NCBI GenBank assembly: GCA_030141605.1 | Contig: JAQGDQ010000338.1 | Coordinates: forward strand, 192,346 to 256,345 | Direction: 5' to 3' | Source of the DNA: Tubiluchus corallicola | Taxonomy: Eukaryota; Animalia; Priapulida | Length of the DNA stretch: 64,000 nt | Shown: one piece after another, positions 12,244-23,842 of the stretch | Layout of the letters: each line of letters begins with the position of its first letter | How positions within the stretch are numbered: the stretch's first letter is position 1 | The notes under the pieces: model-generated | Databases searched by the model: none | What the model was told of the DNA's origin: nothing | The model's input: the letters and a program-made list of their open reading frames with translations, nothing else | Translations under genes and position numbers: made by a program

Positions 12244-12801
12244 AAATGCGGCCATATCACGTTGAAAACACCGGTTCTAGTCTGATCACCGAAGTTCAGC
12301 AATCTAGAGCCTGGTTAGTACTTGGATGGGTGACCGCTTAGGAATACCAGGTGCTGTAGGCTTGCGGGATGCCCACACTGTATCTCGACACTAGGCGGAG
12401 GAGCTGCACAAGCAGCCAACGGCCAGAGGGCGGAGGAGGTCAAGTGACCCAACGGTCATGTGTAGAGGAGTGAATCTTCCAAATCAGGAGTGGAGCCCCG
12501 AAGGCGGACCAGTGCAGCATGCTCACTGACTCCGGCAGCTCCTGCAGCCAACCTGGTGCCGAACGTATCGCTCCGCTTTCCTTTGGACTACACCAGGGAG
12601 GAAGAGAGGGGGTTCCTGTTGTCTGGACAACTCAGGATCTCCATACAGCTTGCCCAGGCGTGCGCCCTGGAGACGTTCAAGGATCGGACTGCTCAGCCAC
12701 AGTTGACGCTGCAGCTCCATCAATGTGATCAATAACTGACTCTTTTGGCGCACACTCCATTGTCTTCCGAGACAGAAGGATGCCAAGAACATATATATAT
12801 A
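12244..12801 (+). mobile_element. 5S rRNA-derived SINE (SINE3) with RTE-derived tail, full-length copy
   Basis: 12244-12363 is a ~120-nt 5S-like head (...ggttagtacttggatgggtgaccgc..ggaataccaggtgctgtaggctt) lacking an oligo-T terminator; body shared with 34236-34718 and 60251-60481; 12677-12739 reads SRIGLLSHS*RCSSINVINN*. Confidence 0.88.
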
Positions 12802-12958
12802 CAAGAGAAAGATGGAAACGTTTTCAGCAAAATTTAAGTCGAGGATAATGACTGATGTTTAATGAAGTTACAATTTTTTAAATCGGAATTCCTATTCCAA
12901 CGTGATACGACAATATTGTTAAGTACTGCAGTGAACGCAAACATGCGTAAATTTAATG

Positions 12959-13927
12959 TTAAGAGAAGACCTGATGATTTTTTTATGTTCTACCCCAAGT
13001 CCAATAGAAAGTATACATCTTCACACAACTAATACTGCAAAAGCGTTTCTGATAATTAAATAATAGATTAATAATAGATTACTAACATAATTTTCAACAG
13101 CAAAAATATTCCACGAGTGTGTTGCACGTGTTTGCGAAAGCAAAAATTGAAGTACAGTGCCACTGTAAGATATTCAGTGTGTTGTAATAAAATTAAGCTA
13201 GTGCTCGTCTAACTAGCGAAAGGCGAAATGCGTGTAACAGCAAAGAACTAGCGGCGCGAACATGAAATTGTGTTTGTGTGGTAATAATTCTTTCACGTAA
13301 GTCACTTTGGAAAAAACATCATGTTTCCTTTCAACATTTTAGTTTAAACATAATTTATTTAGGATTGGATCAGACAGTTTGTACAACATGATTTAGGATC
13401 CTCACCACAACAGACTTTATACATTATTTACAAGAACATTTACAGTAAGAATAGACTATACTTAGTTTTTAGTATACTTTAGTATACTAAAGTTTTACTA
13501 CAGTGATACATTAGACATTAGTAGAAAATGACGGTTAGTAAATATTAATGTACGATTATTTAAGACTGATGCATTTTATATCAGATAGAAACTACTGGAA
13601 GCGTTTAGTACGTAATATAAAGTCATGTATGCATTGGAATATTTTACAGTTAGTAACATAGTTAAATTCATCTTTACCGAATAATAACAACTTCAACAGA
13701 TCATTATTTCCTAAGGCAGCTATATTAAGGTTTTCAGGCAGAAGCATTTCATTTAATTTATCAAACATAACAACCCTAGTTTGTTGATACAATGGGCAGT
13801 GCAACAAAAAGTGTTCAACAGACTCAAATCGAAATCCACAGTTACAATTCGGCAATATTGGATTCAACATTTTAAAGAGTGGATTGTTTTGACCTACAGT
13901 TTAAAATTCTGTCCGGTTTTGCTTTAA
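12959..13927 (+). mobile_element. Family X Kolobok-like element interrupted by a LINE fragment
   Basis: TTAA at both ends; 13090-13340 and 13875-13927 align with uninterrupted copy 58988-59527. Confidence 0.6.
13342..13862 (-). mobile_element. LINE 3' fragment (CR1-like, C-terminal CCHC knuckle), copy A
   Basis: CNCGFRFESVEHFLLHCPLY...LLLFGKDEF...FILRTKRFQ*; 12-bp TSD ttcaacatttta at 13330-13341 and 13863-13874. Confidence 0.9.
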
Positions 13928-14357
13928 AATAAGGACTGGAAAACTTTTTGCCGAATTGAACTTTACGAATATTTTCATTTTTAAGCACAAATTAGCAAAA
14001 AAATTTGAAAAAATTAAATTGAATGTTTACTGTTGCATTCCTTAGAATCACAATTTTATTCACAATTAGTTTACCAATTTTATTCTTGTGCATTGGATCT
14101 TTAGAGGTAAGAAGGTTTATCAAATCATGTATATAGATATAGATATAGACAGCGACAATTTTTGTTACATTACCTACGACTAGTCAGACAAGAAGTAACA
14201 ACTCACTTAAACTGTATGTCAAGCGATCTGCTGAAAAATCTTTAGTCATTTTTAATAGGGATGATAGTTTACTAGAAATTGTAAATGATGCACCTTTGGT
14301 AAACGCATATAGCTTTTTAGTATTTTATCTAAATATTTTACGGTGCTTTTGAAAATT

Positions 14358-14510
<153 letters not shown>

Positions 14511-14864
14511 TGCAAAAGCTCGAAATGCAAACCTTTTTTAACAGGCGCATGTAAGAAGCGTTTGTTGTTTTGTGTCTCCCCCCCCCCCTCATTCTTATGC
14601 TACTTTTTATGCGTGTACGCATTTTAATGTGTATTGCTTGTTTTTATATCATGTATAATTGTATATGTGTGTATGTATATGAACACATTTTAATGTATAT
14701 TGTTTGCTTTTCATTTGGTGTGAAATAATGACGACTAAACGAATGTCAAATATAGTTCCTTTCGAAGGCGTTTTAAATATTTCAGACTGAAAATAAATGT
14801 GTGAGTTCAAAATTCATTTCACATGGAAGTTTCGTAAATTTTGTAGCCAAAGAGAAGATTCACG

Positions 14865-15125
14865 TTAATAATGTTCACTGTATAATTCTGCTACATCCAC
14901 TTTATCTTCACTTGCTGAATGCTCTAAGATTTCATCGTCATCAACTTTAAGCTTAACCACCTGTACAGCAAGATTTCCTGCCATATTATTAGTAACAGAG
15001 AATGTCCACAAATCCTCAGCAGATTGTTGGACAAGCCTCTTTGCAGAACTGGAACCTGCAATAGGAAGTTTGCTGCACTTCTCAGTTGTCAAGGTAAACA
15101 GATGGTACTGCCAAAAAGAAAAATA
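14865..15125 (-). CDS. Possible small terminal exon (uncertain)
   Basis: Open frame ...KLKVDDDEILEHSASEDKVDVAELYSEHY* preceded on the minus strand by acceptor-like tttatattgcag / ttttctttttggcag. Confidence 0.2.
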   Translation of the reverse strand, partial: YFSFWQYHLFTLTTEKCSKLPIAGSSSAKRLVQQSAEDLWTFSVTNNMAGNLAVQVVKLKVDDDEILEHSASEDKVDVAELYSEHY

Positions 15126-15249
15126 CTGCAATATAAATTCCAAAATTTTGTCTACATAAAAGTCCTAAAGAGTTCCCAGCGTCTGGCTTGCATATATATA
15201 TATATATATGTTCTTTCACGGTTTTTTGGATTTAATAGATTTATTTCGC

Positions 15250-15830
15250 AATAAACATATACATATACATTACACGTGCATCAGGTTTTATTAATACAAA
15301 AATATGATACAATTCATGAATTCTGCGCTAGAGAAGCTAGCTTATGGTAGGCCACTAGAATTAGTTACGAAAAAAATTATAATATATACAGATACAATAT
15401 TACAATATATACAAATATAAATACGGGTGGGAAGTAATAAAAATATTGTTACACTAGAGGGGAAGTTTTTTGAAAATGAAAAACAACAAATCATGATTGA
15501 GTCATCAGTTATATGTTTCAAGTAAGTTTGATTTATAATTTTTTTAAATATGGACAGCGAGTTGGCATTTTTAATAGCTGGAGCAATTGAATTCCATATG
15601 TAAGGGCCATTGTATTTAATAGAAAATTTTCTGACATTAGTGTTGCACTGTATGTAGTGATAGTTAAGTCTATAACGTGTGCCGTAATTATGTATCTCAG
15701 CATTCAAACAAAAATAATCAGTAAATAAGGGAGGCAATAATTTATTAGAGAATTTGCACATGAAAATGGCAGTTTGGAACTTATTAATGTCGTAAATGTT
15801 TGGAAAGTTTAGTCTTTAAATATTGGTGGA
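15250..15830 (-). mobile_element. CR1-group (Crack/Daphne-like) LINE 3' remnant
   Basis: LLPPLFTDYF...IHNYGTR...FSIKYNGPYIWNSI...SLSIFKK, homologous to the C-terminus at 63067-63609. Confidence 0.8.
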
Positions 15831-16283
15831 TCATAGGCTTTAACGAGACAAGCCGCCCTCAGTACGTAGATATATGGATGTTCTGCTTGAGACTTCCGCT
15901 TTGCTCTCGAAACAAAACATCCCTTCTACCGGAAAATAGAGGAAAAGGAGCAAGACCTACCTTTGAACATTGAAGTGTGGTGAATAATTTAGATTATAAT
16001 CTTAACAAATATTTCTAACGGAGTCTTCTTTGTCACAGGACATCACAGCCGGTATTTGGCATGTCGAAAACTCTAAATTTTTAAGTACGATGAATGGTTG
16101 ATTTTTGTTCTTCAAAAATATTTTATCTTATTTTAACGATTTAATTGGATGTTTTTAACTTTATAACATTTATAACATGTTTTTAACTACATAACTTTAT
16201 GTAAAAAGTTTGAATTTTGTTAAAATATGCGGGAGGAAAACTATACGGCGACTGAATTCATTTACTTCCGCATTTTTGACCCA

Positions 16284-16520
16284 AACAGTTTAATTTGTAA
16301 CAATTTTCTAAATGTACTTTTACTTTTATATCGAAAACAAGAACTAGTAATTAAAATATGCGCATAATTATTGATAAATATTGCATTTTTACAATGACGA
16401 TATTTGCAATGATGCTCAAACAAGAGTAATTCGTACTTGTTTAGTAATAAAGGTTTACCGGTCTATTATTAGAGTCCTACGTTTTAGTAAAGAGAAAAGA
16501 AATTACAATGTGACTAAATT
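16284..16520 (+). repeat. Dispersed ~235-bp repeat, copy 1
   Basis: Near-identical to 43657-43895 (aaacagtttaatttgtaacaattttc...agagaaaagaaattacaat). Confidence 0.88.
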
Positions 16521-16662
16521 ACGACATGATTTCATGAAATGTATACGTTAGTTCTAATACAGAAAGACTTTAGACATACCTATTATGTTGTGCCCACGGT
16601 CAACCTCGATAATGAGCAAAGGAGCAACGTAGCGATTGTCAGCGCTATGTGAGTCCTGGCTA

Positions 16663-16790
16663 CAGAGCCTATTTCAAGGGGGAGTGGGGATACTTCCCTG
16701 GGGCCTCACCTTCCAGGGGGGGCTCGCGCCAAGGTAACATTTTTTTGCTTTATGCGAACATACTGCCTCCTCTCTCTCTCTCTCTCTCTC
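16663..16790. mobile_element. hAT-like MITE end running into (CT)n
   Basis: CAGAGCCTATTTCA terminus; reverse complement of 56460-56570; another end fragment at 18935-18996. Confidence 0.65.
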
Positions 16791-16846
16791 CCTGCCTGGC
16801 TACCTAGACAGGCCTTTGGCATACAAAGATTACTATTTATAAATAA

Positions 16847-16850
<4 letters not shown>

Positions 16851-16903
<53 letters not shown>
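16851..16903. repeat. (TA)n microsatellite
   Basis: Read directly. Confidence 0.95.
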
Positions 16904-16904
<1 letters not shown>

Positions 16905-17274
16905 GAAAGAAGCCTAATTCAGCTAATTACATGGTCAGTTGGGCACAATGCAAGCCATACTATAGACTTGAATGACAATTACATGGGTTATTGATTGCGA
17001 TGCTAAAGGCAGATCCATCTAAACAAGCTAGAAAACACTTTAGCTCGAGATCTGCAAAACTGGTGTAGTTCTCGACATGGCCACGTAATCAGATAGAAGC
17101 TTAAAAGCATCATTTAAAATTCGTTTTCAATGTTTTACTTAGCTGAATCCACCTGAAGGTTCATTACATTACAACAAGTGGAACATTTTTCTCAAAAAAA
17201 ATCTATTACTTCGATTTCTTTCACGTGGTTAACTTTGGTCAAATGTCAATTTTATGGCAATTGTAGTACCCTAG

Positions 17275-17512
17275 CACTAATTTTGCTTTGGTTTTTTTCT
17301 GCTGTCGAACCCAGATGTTCGTCAAGATGAGCCATCTTCAAACATAACTTCAGTGTGTTCTTGCAAAGTCCGTGGCAACTAACATTTGCGCAGTTGCTAA
17401 GTGTTTTTGTAGAAACGCGACAAAAAACAATGGCTCACTTTAACAGTGATTTTCTCAAGATTATGTTTTTCAGTGTGCAGCCTGCACCTCAACTTCAACA
17501 TGGATTATCTCA
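17275..17512 (+). repeat. Dispersed ~270-bp repeat, copy 2
   Basis: Matches 6400-6672. Confidence 0.8.
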
Positions 17513-17642
17513 ATAATACTCTCTCTGGATATTTATTAGTGTCAGCTCACAGTGTCCCTAAATCCTGTCCTAAATTCGATGTTTTATACAGGATAAACGC
17601 ATGCATTAACATTGCTCCAGTAACTGAGTAATGTATCACATA

Positions 17643-18147
17643 CAGTGTCTTCCCTCGCTACTTCGCGGTTCGTTTATCGCGGACTCGCTGTTTCGCGGAT
17701 TTTCAAAAATATTAATGCAAAATATTTATCGCAGTATTTTCGCTGTTTCGCGGGTTTTTGCGGTACTCCGTCTAAAGTATTTTTGCACATGCGTAGTACG
17801 TATTGTACAGTAATGTATAGATTTGATGAATTTTGCATAAAAAATCACAAATGTATAAAAATATATAAAAAATATTAATTCTAACATTAAAACAATATTA
17901 TAAATCATAAGAAAATTGCCATTTACAGTAAATAGTGTATTTATTCGGCGGATGAATACACACCAAAAACGAAATGTAGTACTAGCGCCCGCTTGAGATG
18001 CTACTTGCCGACGTGAGATTGTACACAACACGTGATTGGTTGATTATAGTATAACTATGAAATAAGTATAGCGTCCCTACTTCGCGGAAATTCACTTATC
18101 GCGGGTGGGCCTGGAACGGAACATCCGCGATAAGTGAGGGAACACTG
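17643..18147. mobile_element. Tc1/mariner-superfamily (Tigger/pogo-like) MITE
   Basis: TA|CAGTGTCTTCCCTCGC ... GTGAGGGAACACTG|TA, with repeated subterminal TCGCGG motifs. Confidence 0.82.
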
Positions 18148-18535
18148 TATATATTAAAATTTACAAAACTGAGAATCAGCTCTCATACTTTTGTGTATTG
18201 AAAGAGGCAGGTACCTGGAAGGTGGCAGGTTAAACCTGGAAAAATCCCAGCTGAGAATCGTATATAACTAATAAGAAGACTTAATAATGTTTGTTTTACC
18301 AGTAATTGTTTTGTTTGTCTGCAGTGCCAGTACATTTCAAAATTGAAATTGCATGTTTGTCTTGTTTTTTCTTGTATTGTATGTATTTTTGACACTAATA
18401 AATATCTAAATATATGTATTGACAGACTGTTCATTGTGTTTTAATTACTGACCAATATCAGTCTAATTTCTGAGGACCTTCTTAAATCTGATCGAAAGTT
18501 ACAGTTTCAACGTGGGTGAAAGAATTTGCTGCTCA

Positions 18536-18616
18536 AGTGACTAAACTAAATCAGTAAATCTCATACATGTATATGAGATTTATATGTATGAAATTTACTG
18601 ATTTAGTTTAGTCACT
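18536..18616. repeat. Near-perfect hairpin, ~33-bp arms
   Basis: agtgactaaactaaatcagtaaat(c)tcatacat ... atgtatgaaatttactgatttagtttagtcact. Confidence 0.9.
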
Positions 18617-18628
18617 CCACACTTTATA

Positions 18629-18908
18629 ATATATAGGTTAAAATGTATGAGAGGTTTGTATATATTACGTCTCGTATACAAAAGGTTGGAGTGCTGGAAT
18701 TCATTGATAGTCTATTGGAGTCTATTGATTGTCTAAATCGCTTATCACCGTTGATTTACATCCTGTGCAGTTCCAATTTAAAAACTCAGGAGTGGTCAAG
18801 AGTGACCAATAAGTGATCTCCAATAGACTATCAATGAATTCCAGCACTCAAACCTTTTGTACACGAAACGTAATATATATAAACCTCTCATACATATAAA
18901 CCTATATA
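18629..18908. mobile_element. Foldback/MITE-like inverted repeat, ~90-bp arms
   Basis: 18629-18720 is the reverse complement of 18818-18908 with few mismatches; TA-rich ends. Confidence 0.8.
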
Positions 18909-19490
18909 TATATATATTTCGTTTACCTGGTTAACTGGAGGGTGAGGCCCCGGGGAAGTATCCCCACTCCCCCCCTCGCCCTTGAAATAGGGCCTGGAAT
19001 TATTAATAGTAATAGTAGTAGTAAATCCACTCAAAATAAATAAAGTTTATATATTAAACTCTGTCAGTTCCGGGTTTAAACATTTTCAACTGAAACTAGT
19101 TGTTAACAAGTGTTTGTTTGCCATGACGTCATAGTCGGGATTTTTTAGTGACACGTGTTTTTACGAGCGCCGTCTATCGGTGAACAGGTCATTAAAATTT
19201 GTTTTATCTTGGTTTTATTGCCATTTTGACATCAGATAACAGTTCTCCAAATCGCTGGGCTTTTCCTCCATTTTTTCTTCTGCAAATCTTTGGTATATTT
19301 AGTTATGACTGAAGGAAACTGAAAGGACGAAAAGGGAAAGAAAAAGAAAAACCATGTAGAAAAGAAAGAAAAAAGGCGAAAGATAAAACTGCTTAAAAGT
19401 AAGAATTATAAAGAACAAAAGAAAAAAATAGAATGAAAAAGAACTGCTCCGGGGATCTTTATCGGTTCCTTCCATTGATCACGAACACAA

Positions 19491-19567
19491 GGGACAGTGT
19501 GGTATAATGACCAGGTTAACATACTTTGTAATCCAAAGGTTGCTGGTTCAAATCCAGGCTCTGTCTC
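19491..19567 (+). pseudogene. tRNA-like sequence (tRNA pseudogene or SINE2 head)
   Basis: 7-bp acceptor-like stem gggacag/ctgtctc, A-box-like tggtataatg, B-box ggttcaaatcc; D and anticodon arms irregular. Confidence 0.55.
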
Positions 19568-20242
19568 AACTTCTTTCACATTTCCGCCTGCAAAGGTAAA
19601 GTTCGTTTTCAAAAACCCAGTTCTTACAAGTTTATTCCATTATTAAACTCTTCTACTCAACGAGTTACTGCCACAGCCACAGAAGACGGGTTCGCAAATA
19701 ACAAATGGCTTCATCAGTTGCGCATCAGCAAAAGAGTGTTCTTGCGCTGATAAGAAGCCACCATGCAATTGTCTCAGCGTGAAGCCTCGGTGCGTACGCT
19801 GAATTCAGTACTGATTACCACGTCGGAACGTAAACAACTGACCAATTAGGTACGTGAGAGAAGACCTCAGCTCACTGAGTGGGCCAGTGCAACGTGCAAG
19901 GACACTCATGGCGAAATCACACGGCTCATAGGTGAGACCACGGCTCAGTGATAAGACCATTTCAAATTGAAAGTGACCGCAGCTAAGTGGGTGAGATTAC
20001 GTGAGACAATAGTAAACTTAGTAATACTATAGTGGGTGAGATTAAAGCTTGTGTGACGTCACAGGTCAGAGGTTGAGGCAAACTGGTTGTTGAAAAAGCT
20101 CAACGGGTGTATGAACGGTCACCCCCACTCCCACCCCACCCTCGTAGATGCAAAACAAGCTGCAAGAGACCACGGCAGTGGAGAGATCATAGCAATCTTG
20201 GTAAGAACTTTGCACGAATTCGCGGATAGGACACTTGGGAAA

Positions 20243-20770
20243 GCTTCAACAGTGAATGAAAAACTAAACAAGTGTATGAGCGCTGAACTTCAACATTGAA
20301 TGAAAAACTAAAGAAGTGCATGAGCACTGAACTTCAACATTGAATGAAAAACTAAAGAAGTGCATGAGCACTGAACTTCAACAGTGAATGAAAAACTAAA
20401 AAAGTGCATGAGCGCTGAACTTCAACAGTGAATGAAAAACTAAAAAAGTGCACGAGCGCTGAACTTCAACAGTGAATGAAAAACTAAACAAGTGCATGAG
20501 CGCTGAACTTCAACAGTGAATGAAAAACTAAACAAGTGCATGAGCGCTGAACTTCAACAGTGAATGAAAAACTAAAGAAATGCATGAGCGCTGAACTTCA
20601 ACAGTGAATGAAAAACTAAACAAGTGCACGAGCGCTGAACTTCAACAGTGAATGAAAAACTAAACAAGTGCATGAGTGCTGAACTTCAACAGTGAATGAA
20701 AAACTAAACAAGTTCATGAGCGCTGAACTTCAACAGTGAACGAAAAACTAAACAAGTTCATGAGCGCTGA
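20243..20770. repeat. 44-bp minisatellite, ~12 copies
   Basis: Unit acttcaacagtgaatgaaaaactaaacaagtgcatgagcgctga; ends ~22 bp before the ATG at 20792. Confidence 0.95.
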
Positions 20771-20791
20771 TGCCCAGAGGGTGAGACTATC

Positions 20792-21616
20792 ATGCAAGTG
20801 GGAATCCGTGTCGAACGTCGAAACGCCCATCAAGTGTTTCAATACGAAATCGAAGCGGAAAAAGAAAGGACAATCCGGCGACTCTTTCGTTTGAGAAAGA
20901 AGGCCAAACAGACTCCAGAATTGCTGAAGTATCATCGTCTAGCAGGCTATGTTCTGGTACCTTCAATGATGATGTTATGCTCAGGTATTGTCATATCATT
21001 CCTTGCTTTCATAAGCAATGATTTAAAGTGTAGAAACCAGGTGTGCGAGGTGCTGGGCATCTCCCTTTCATTTCTGGGTGCCTTCTTCTGCGGTGCTGCT
21101 TATTTTATCTACAAGTACAAGGACACGGGTAAGTTTAGACGTCCGCGCAGCCACGAACAATTGTACCATGACCGGAAGTCCGCAAGCTTGCCTAACGTTC
21201 ACACGTCCACCGGTTACCATCACGAACTGGTGCCGGAGACGTCACTAGAACCGGAAAGCCGGTTGCGGTCTTACAGCGCCAGTGTGAACCATACTGAATA
21301 TCGACAGAGGGCGGGTCGGTCGCCTCAGTTGAGACCCATTAAGGAAAACGTTGAGCTTTCTCACAGTATTAACGAAATCTCGCAGGCCGCTGATGAGTCC
21401 AAAAGGACGCCTGTCCGGCGGTCACCGAGTCCCATTCCATCGGTCAAAGTTTTGCCTCCATGTGATATCTACAGGCACAGATTGTCCACTTTCAGCGGAA
21501 AGAGAACTGAGTTTCCTGAACATTACACCGGGCGCGCAAGAGCGGCAACCTTGAGCCACAGAAAAGAAAATGGCTACCGAAAATGTCCGACGTCGCCTAG
21601 ACACCTAAATAAGTAA
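20792..21616 (+). CDS. Two-transmembrane protein with basic Ser/Thr-rich tail (274 aa; PIRT/TMEM100/TMEM200-like topology)
   Basis: GC-richer non-repetitive ORF, atcATG context, two adjacent hydrophobic helices with a short Cys-containing loop, basic stop-transfer YKYK, tail with RxRxxS/T motifs. Confidence 0.72.
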   Translation: MQVGIRVERRNAHQVFQYEIEAEKERTIRRLFRLRKKAKQTPELLKYHRLAGYVLVPSMMMLCSGIVISFLAFISNDLKCRNQVCEVLGISLSFLGAFFCGAAYFIYKYKDTGKFRRPRSHEQLYHDRKSASLPNVHTSTGYHHELVPETSLEPESRLRSYSASVNHTEYRQRAGRSPQLRPIKENVELSHSINEISQAADESKRTPVRRSPSPIPSVKVLPPCDIYRHRLSTFSGKRTEFPEHYTGRARAATLSHRKENGYRKCPTSPRHLNK

Positions 21617-21789
21617 GTATTGCTTAAACACATTTAAAACAACAATGACGTACTGTAGTTTCTTAAGTGTTTCACAAGCATAATCACAATATCATGTATT
21701 TTATTTGTGTGAGATCGTGCGCACACGTGCGTGCGTGCGCGCGTGCGTGTGTGTGTGCGTGCGTGTGTGCGCGTGTGGTTACAGGTTAA

Positions 21790-22135
21790 ACAAATCAGGT
21801 CCCTATCAGCATTTAAAACAAAATTAAAATCACTAATATTAACCAGATATGAAAAACCATCACACCAGTACGACAACATACACACTAATTCAGAATTCAT
21901 ATATCCACGGCCATATTAATTAAATCATAATTTTTTTCATTTTTTGTGCATAGTTGTAAATATGTTTGATTTTATTCGTCGTTACTTTCCATTACTGCAC
22001 AGTAGTTTAGATTGCACTGACGCATTTGCCTTGAGCAGTGTAAGTTTTTATTAACTAACACTGATTGATCATCTCTGTAAAGTTTTTATCACTGATTATC
22101 AATGTATTTTAATGGCAAATAAAGATTATTATATA
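21790..22135 (+). mobile_element. L2/Crack-like LINE extreme 3' remnant
   Basis: IRSLSAFKTKLKSLIL; 3'UTR stem-loop gcactg...cagtgt shared with 3870-4685; ends aataaagattattat. Confidence 0.55.
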
Positions 22136-23842
22136 TATATATAGTTTCTTGATAATACACGCTGACACGCTGACGATTTTTCAGCAGTTTCTTTCACAAC
22201 TGCTACGTTTATAAATTCCTTTTTTCTGGTAGCTAAGATGCTTGCTGATTTTGTACCTGAGCGATTGATTACTATATTAAACTGTAGCGGGTGCATAGGC
22301 CCCTTTTTGGCTTTAATTTAGTTCTCAATTACTGCCACAGTGCTGCCACCTGTTTGTTTATTTAGTAGACTTTTTACCTTTTTCAGTAGCGACGCTTTTA
22401 AAATTGAAGCACCTAATATTCTTGAATACATTAGCATTTTGGTCTTTCGTGAGCTATAGCTGTAGTAGTTGTATGACATTTTACCCGTCTTTTGGTTCTC
22501 TCCGCCATTGCTCTGTTTTCTGACTGTGATGAGCATTATGACTGTGAATTTCTTACGAATTTATTGTTGTGGCATTGTTGTTCTTAAGGCAACTTGGAGT
22601 TCTCATTCCTGTCTTTGTAACTGTTAAAGGCTCTAACAACGTAAGTTATTGTTAATTAATTTCAATATAGTTTACATAATTTTTATATCAGTACTTAGTT
22701 ATAGCAATATATTTAATCATGCAACTAATTTTCTTCTATTCAGTGCAAGTTAAACTAAATGTTAATAATTGTCTTTCAGGATAAAGAAACTTTTGGTCAA
22801 CATGTTAAACTGGTGTTTTGTATCCATTTCAAAACCTTCAGTAGCACTATGACATTGAAATATAGTCAAACTAGGTTTATTTGAATTCTCCTTTCGACAG
22901 ACTTCCTGTCGGGACGTCATTTCCGTCATCTCTCAATCGACATTCTCATAAAAACGTAAATTTTGAAATTTTACGAGAATGTTCAAATATATCCGCAGAG
23001 ATTGCTATCCAAATTGAACTAAATTGCACGATAAGTGTATGAAAGCAAAATGTTATCTTGACTCCGGCCTGTCCTTTTGATAATCCCATTATACAGCGAC
23101 GTTAAGTCGGAAGAAAAAGCCTAAATGGATTTGGCATTATTGGCACACTATATATATGTAACATCCCATCTCACTTCCCAGCTAAAAGCGTGGAAATCGA
23201 ACGTTGACTTTGATGAAGCTCCGTCAGCTTAGCGAATTCTGTGAAGCTGCAGTGTTAACCATTGATTCCAACGAATCCTCGAGCTGATCTGCAATTTTTG
23301 GTTTTCTTTTTTTTTCGTTTCGCAATAAGCCTTTTCACAGCTTCGTTGTGCGCACGCGCTGTTGCTGCAGGTCAAAGGTTAACTGTACCACTGCAACGCG
23401 TCCTAACTACAACCGTCACTTGGCAAATCTGCTGCATCAGTTGGTTTACGTGGACTTTACGCACAGACTAATTACGCATTAGTCTGTGCGTAGAGTAATT
23501 TACTAGCAGAATCTTACTTGGGAACAAGAAAAAAGGAATACGTAAGGTCCTAGCTAGCTGTTAAAAATTTTGTTATTACAATAATATGGGCTGCGAGGCG
23601 TTGTCAAGTGTACACAAATGAGTTGTCTGGTACACTTAACCTTTGACCTTTTCAAGATCATCATCATTTGCTGGAACTGTGAAGAGACTTACTTATCTGC
23701 ATTTAACCTTGATCAAAAAAAATGTGCTCGCTTGATTCAAGATTTATGATTGAAGATTTAAGATTGCTTATTTCGCATCAACACAAATACAACTGGTATA
23801 TTAAAAAAAATTCAACAAGAAATTTAATACTCAATAAGAAGT

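Noticed and set aside
12244-12363. Functional 5S rRNA genes (also 34600-34718 and 60251-60370)
   Set aside because: Copies differ from each other, lack a terminator, share a downstream body, and one has a TSD around the whole unit
12500-12580. HDV-like ribozyme in the SINE body (tcctgca loop, ccgaa)
   Set aside because: Could not build P1/P3/P1.1/P4 in the required order by hand, and copy 2 deletes part of it; needs an Infernal or RNArobo search
16663-18996. Single 2.3-kb hAT element bounded by inverted CAG(A/G)GCCTATTTCA ends
   Set aside because: Both are the same end type and the flanks (cctggcta / gaattatt) are not a TSD; treated as independent remnants
20087-20299. Upstream ORF as the original N-terminus of the two-TM gene
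   Set aside because: Collapsing the VNTR to one unit continues in a different frame that stops near 20894
21390-21412. Hammerhead-like CTGATGA-GTCC-AAAA-GGAC-G inside the two-TM ORF
   Set aside because: Stem II is followed by GCCT rather than the essential GAAA; likely coincidence of codons ADESKRTP
22641-22779. Intron-like gtaagt...ttgtctttcag segment
   Set aside because: Flanking sequence gives no convincing spliced ORF
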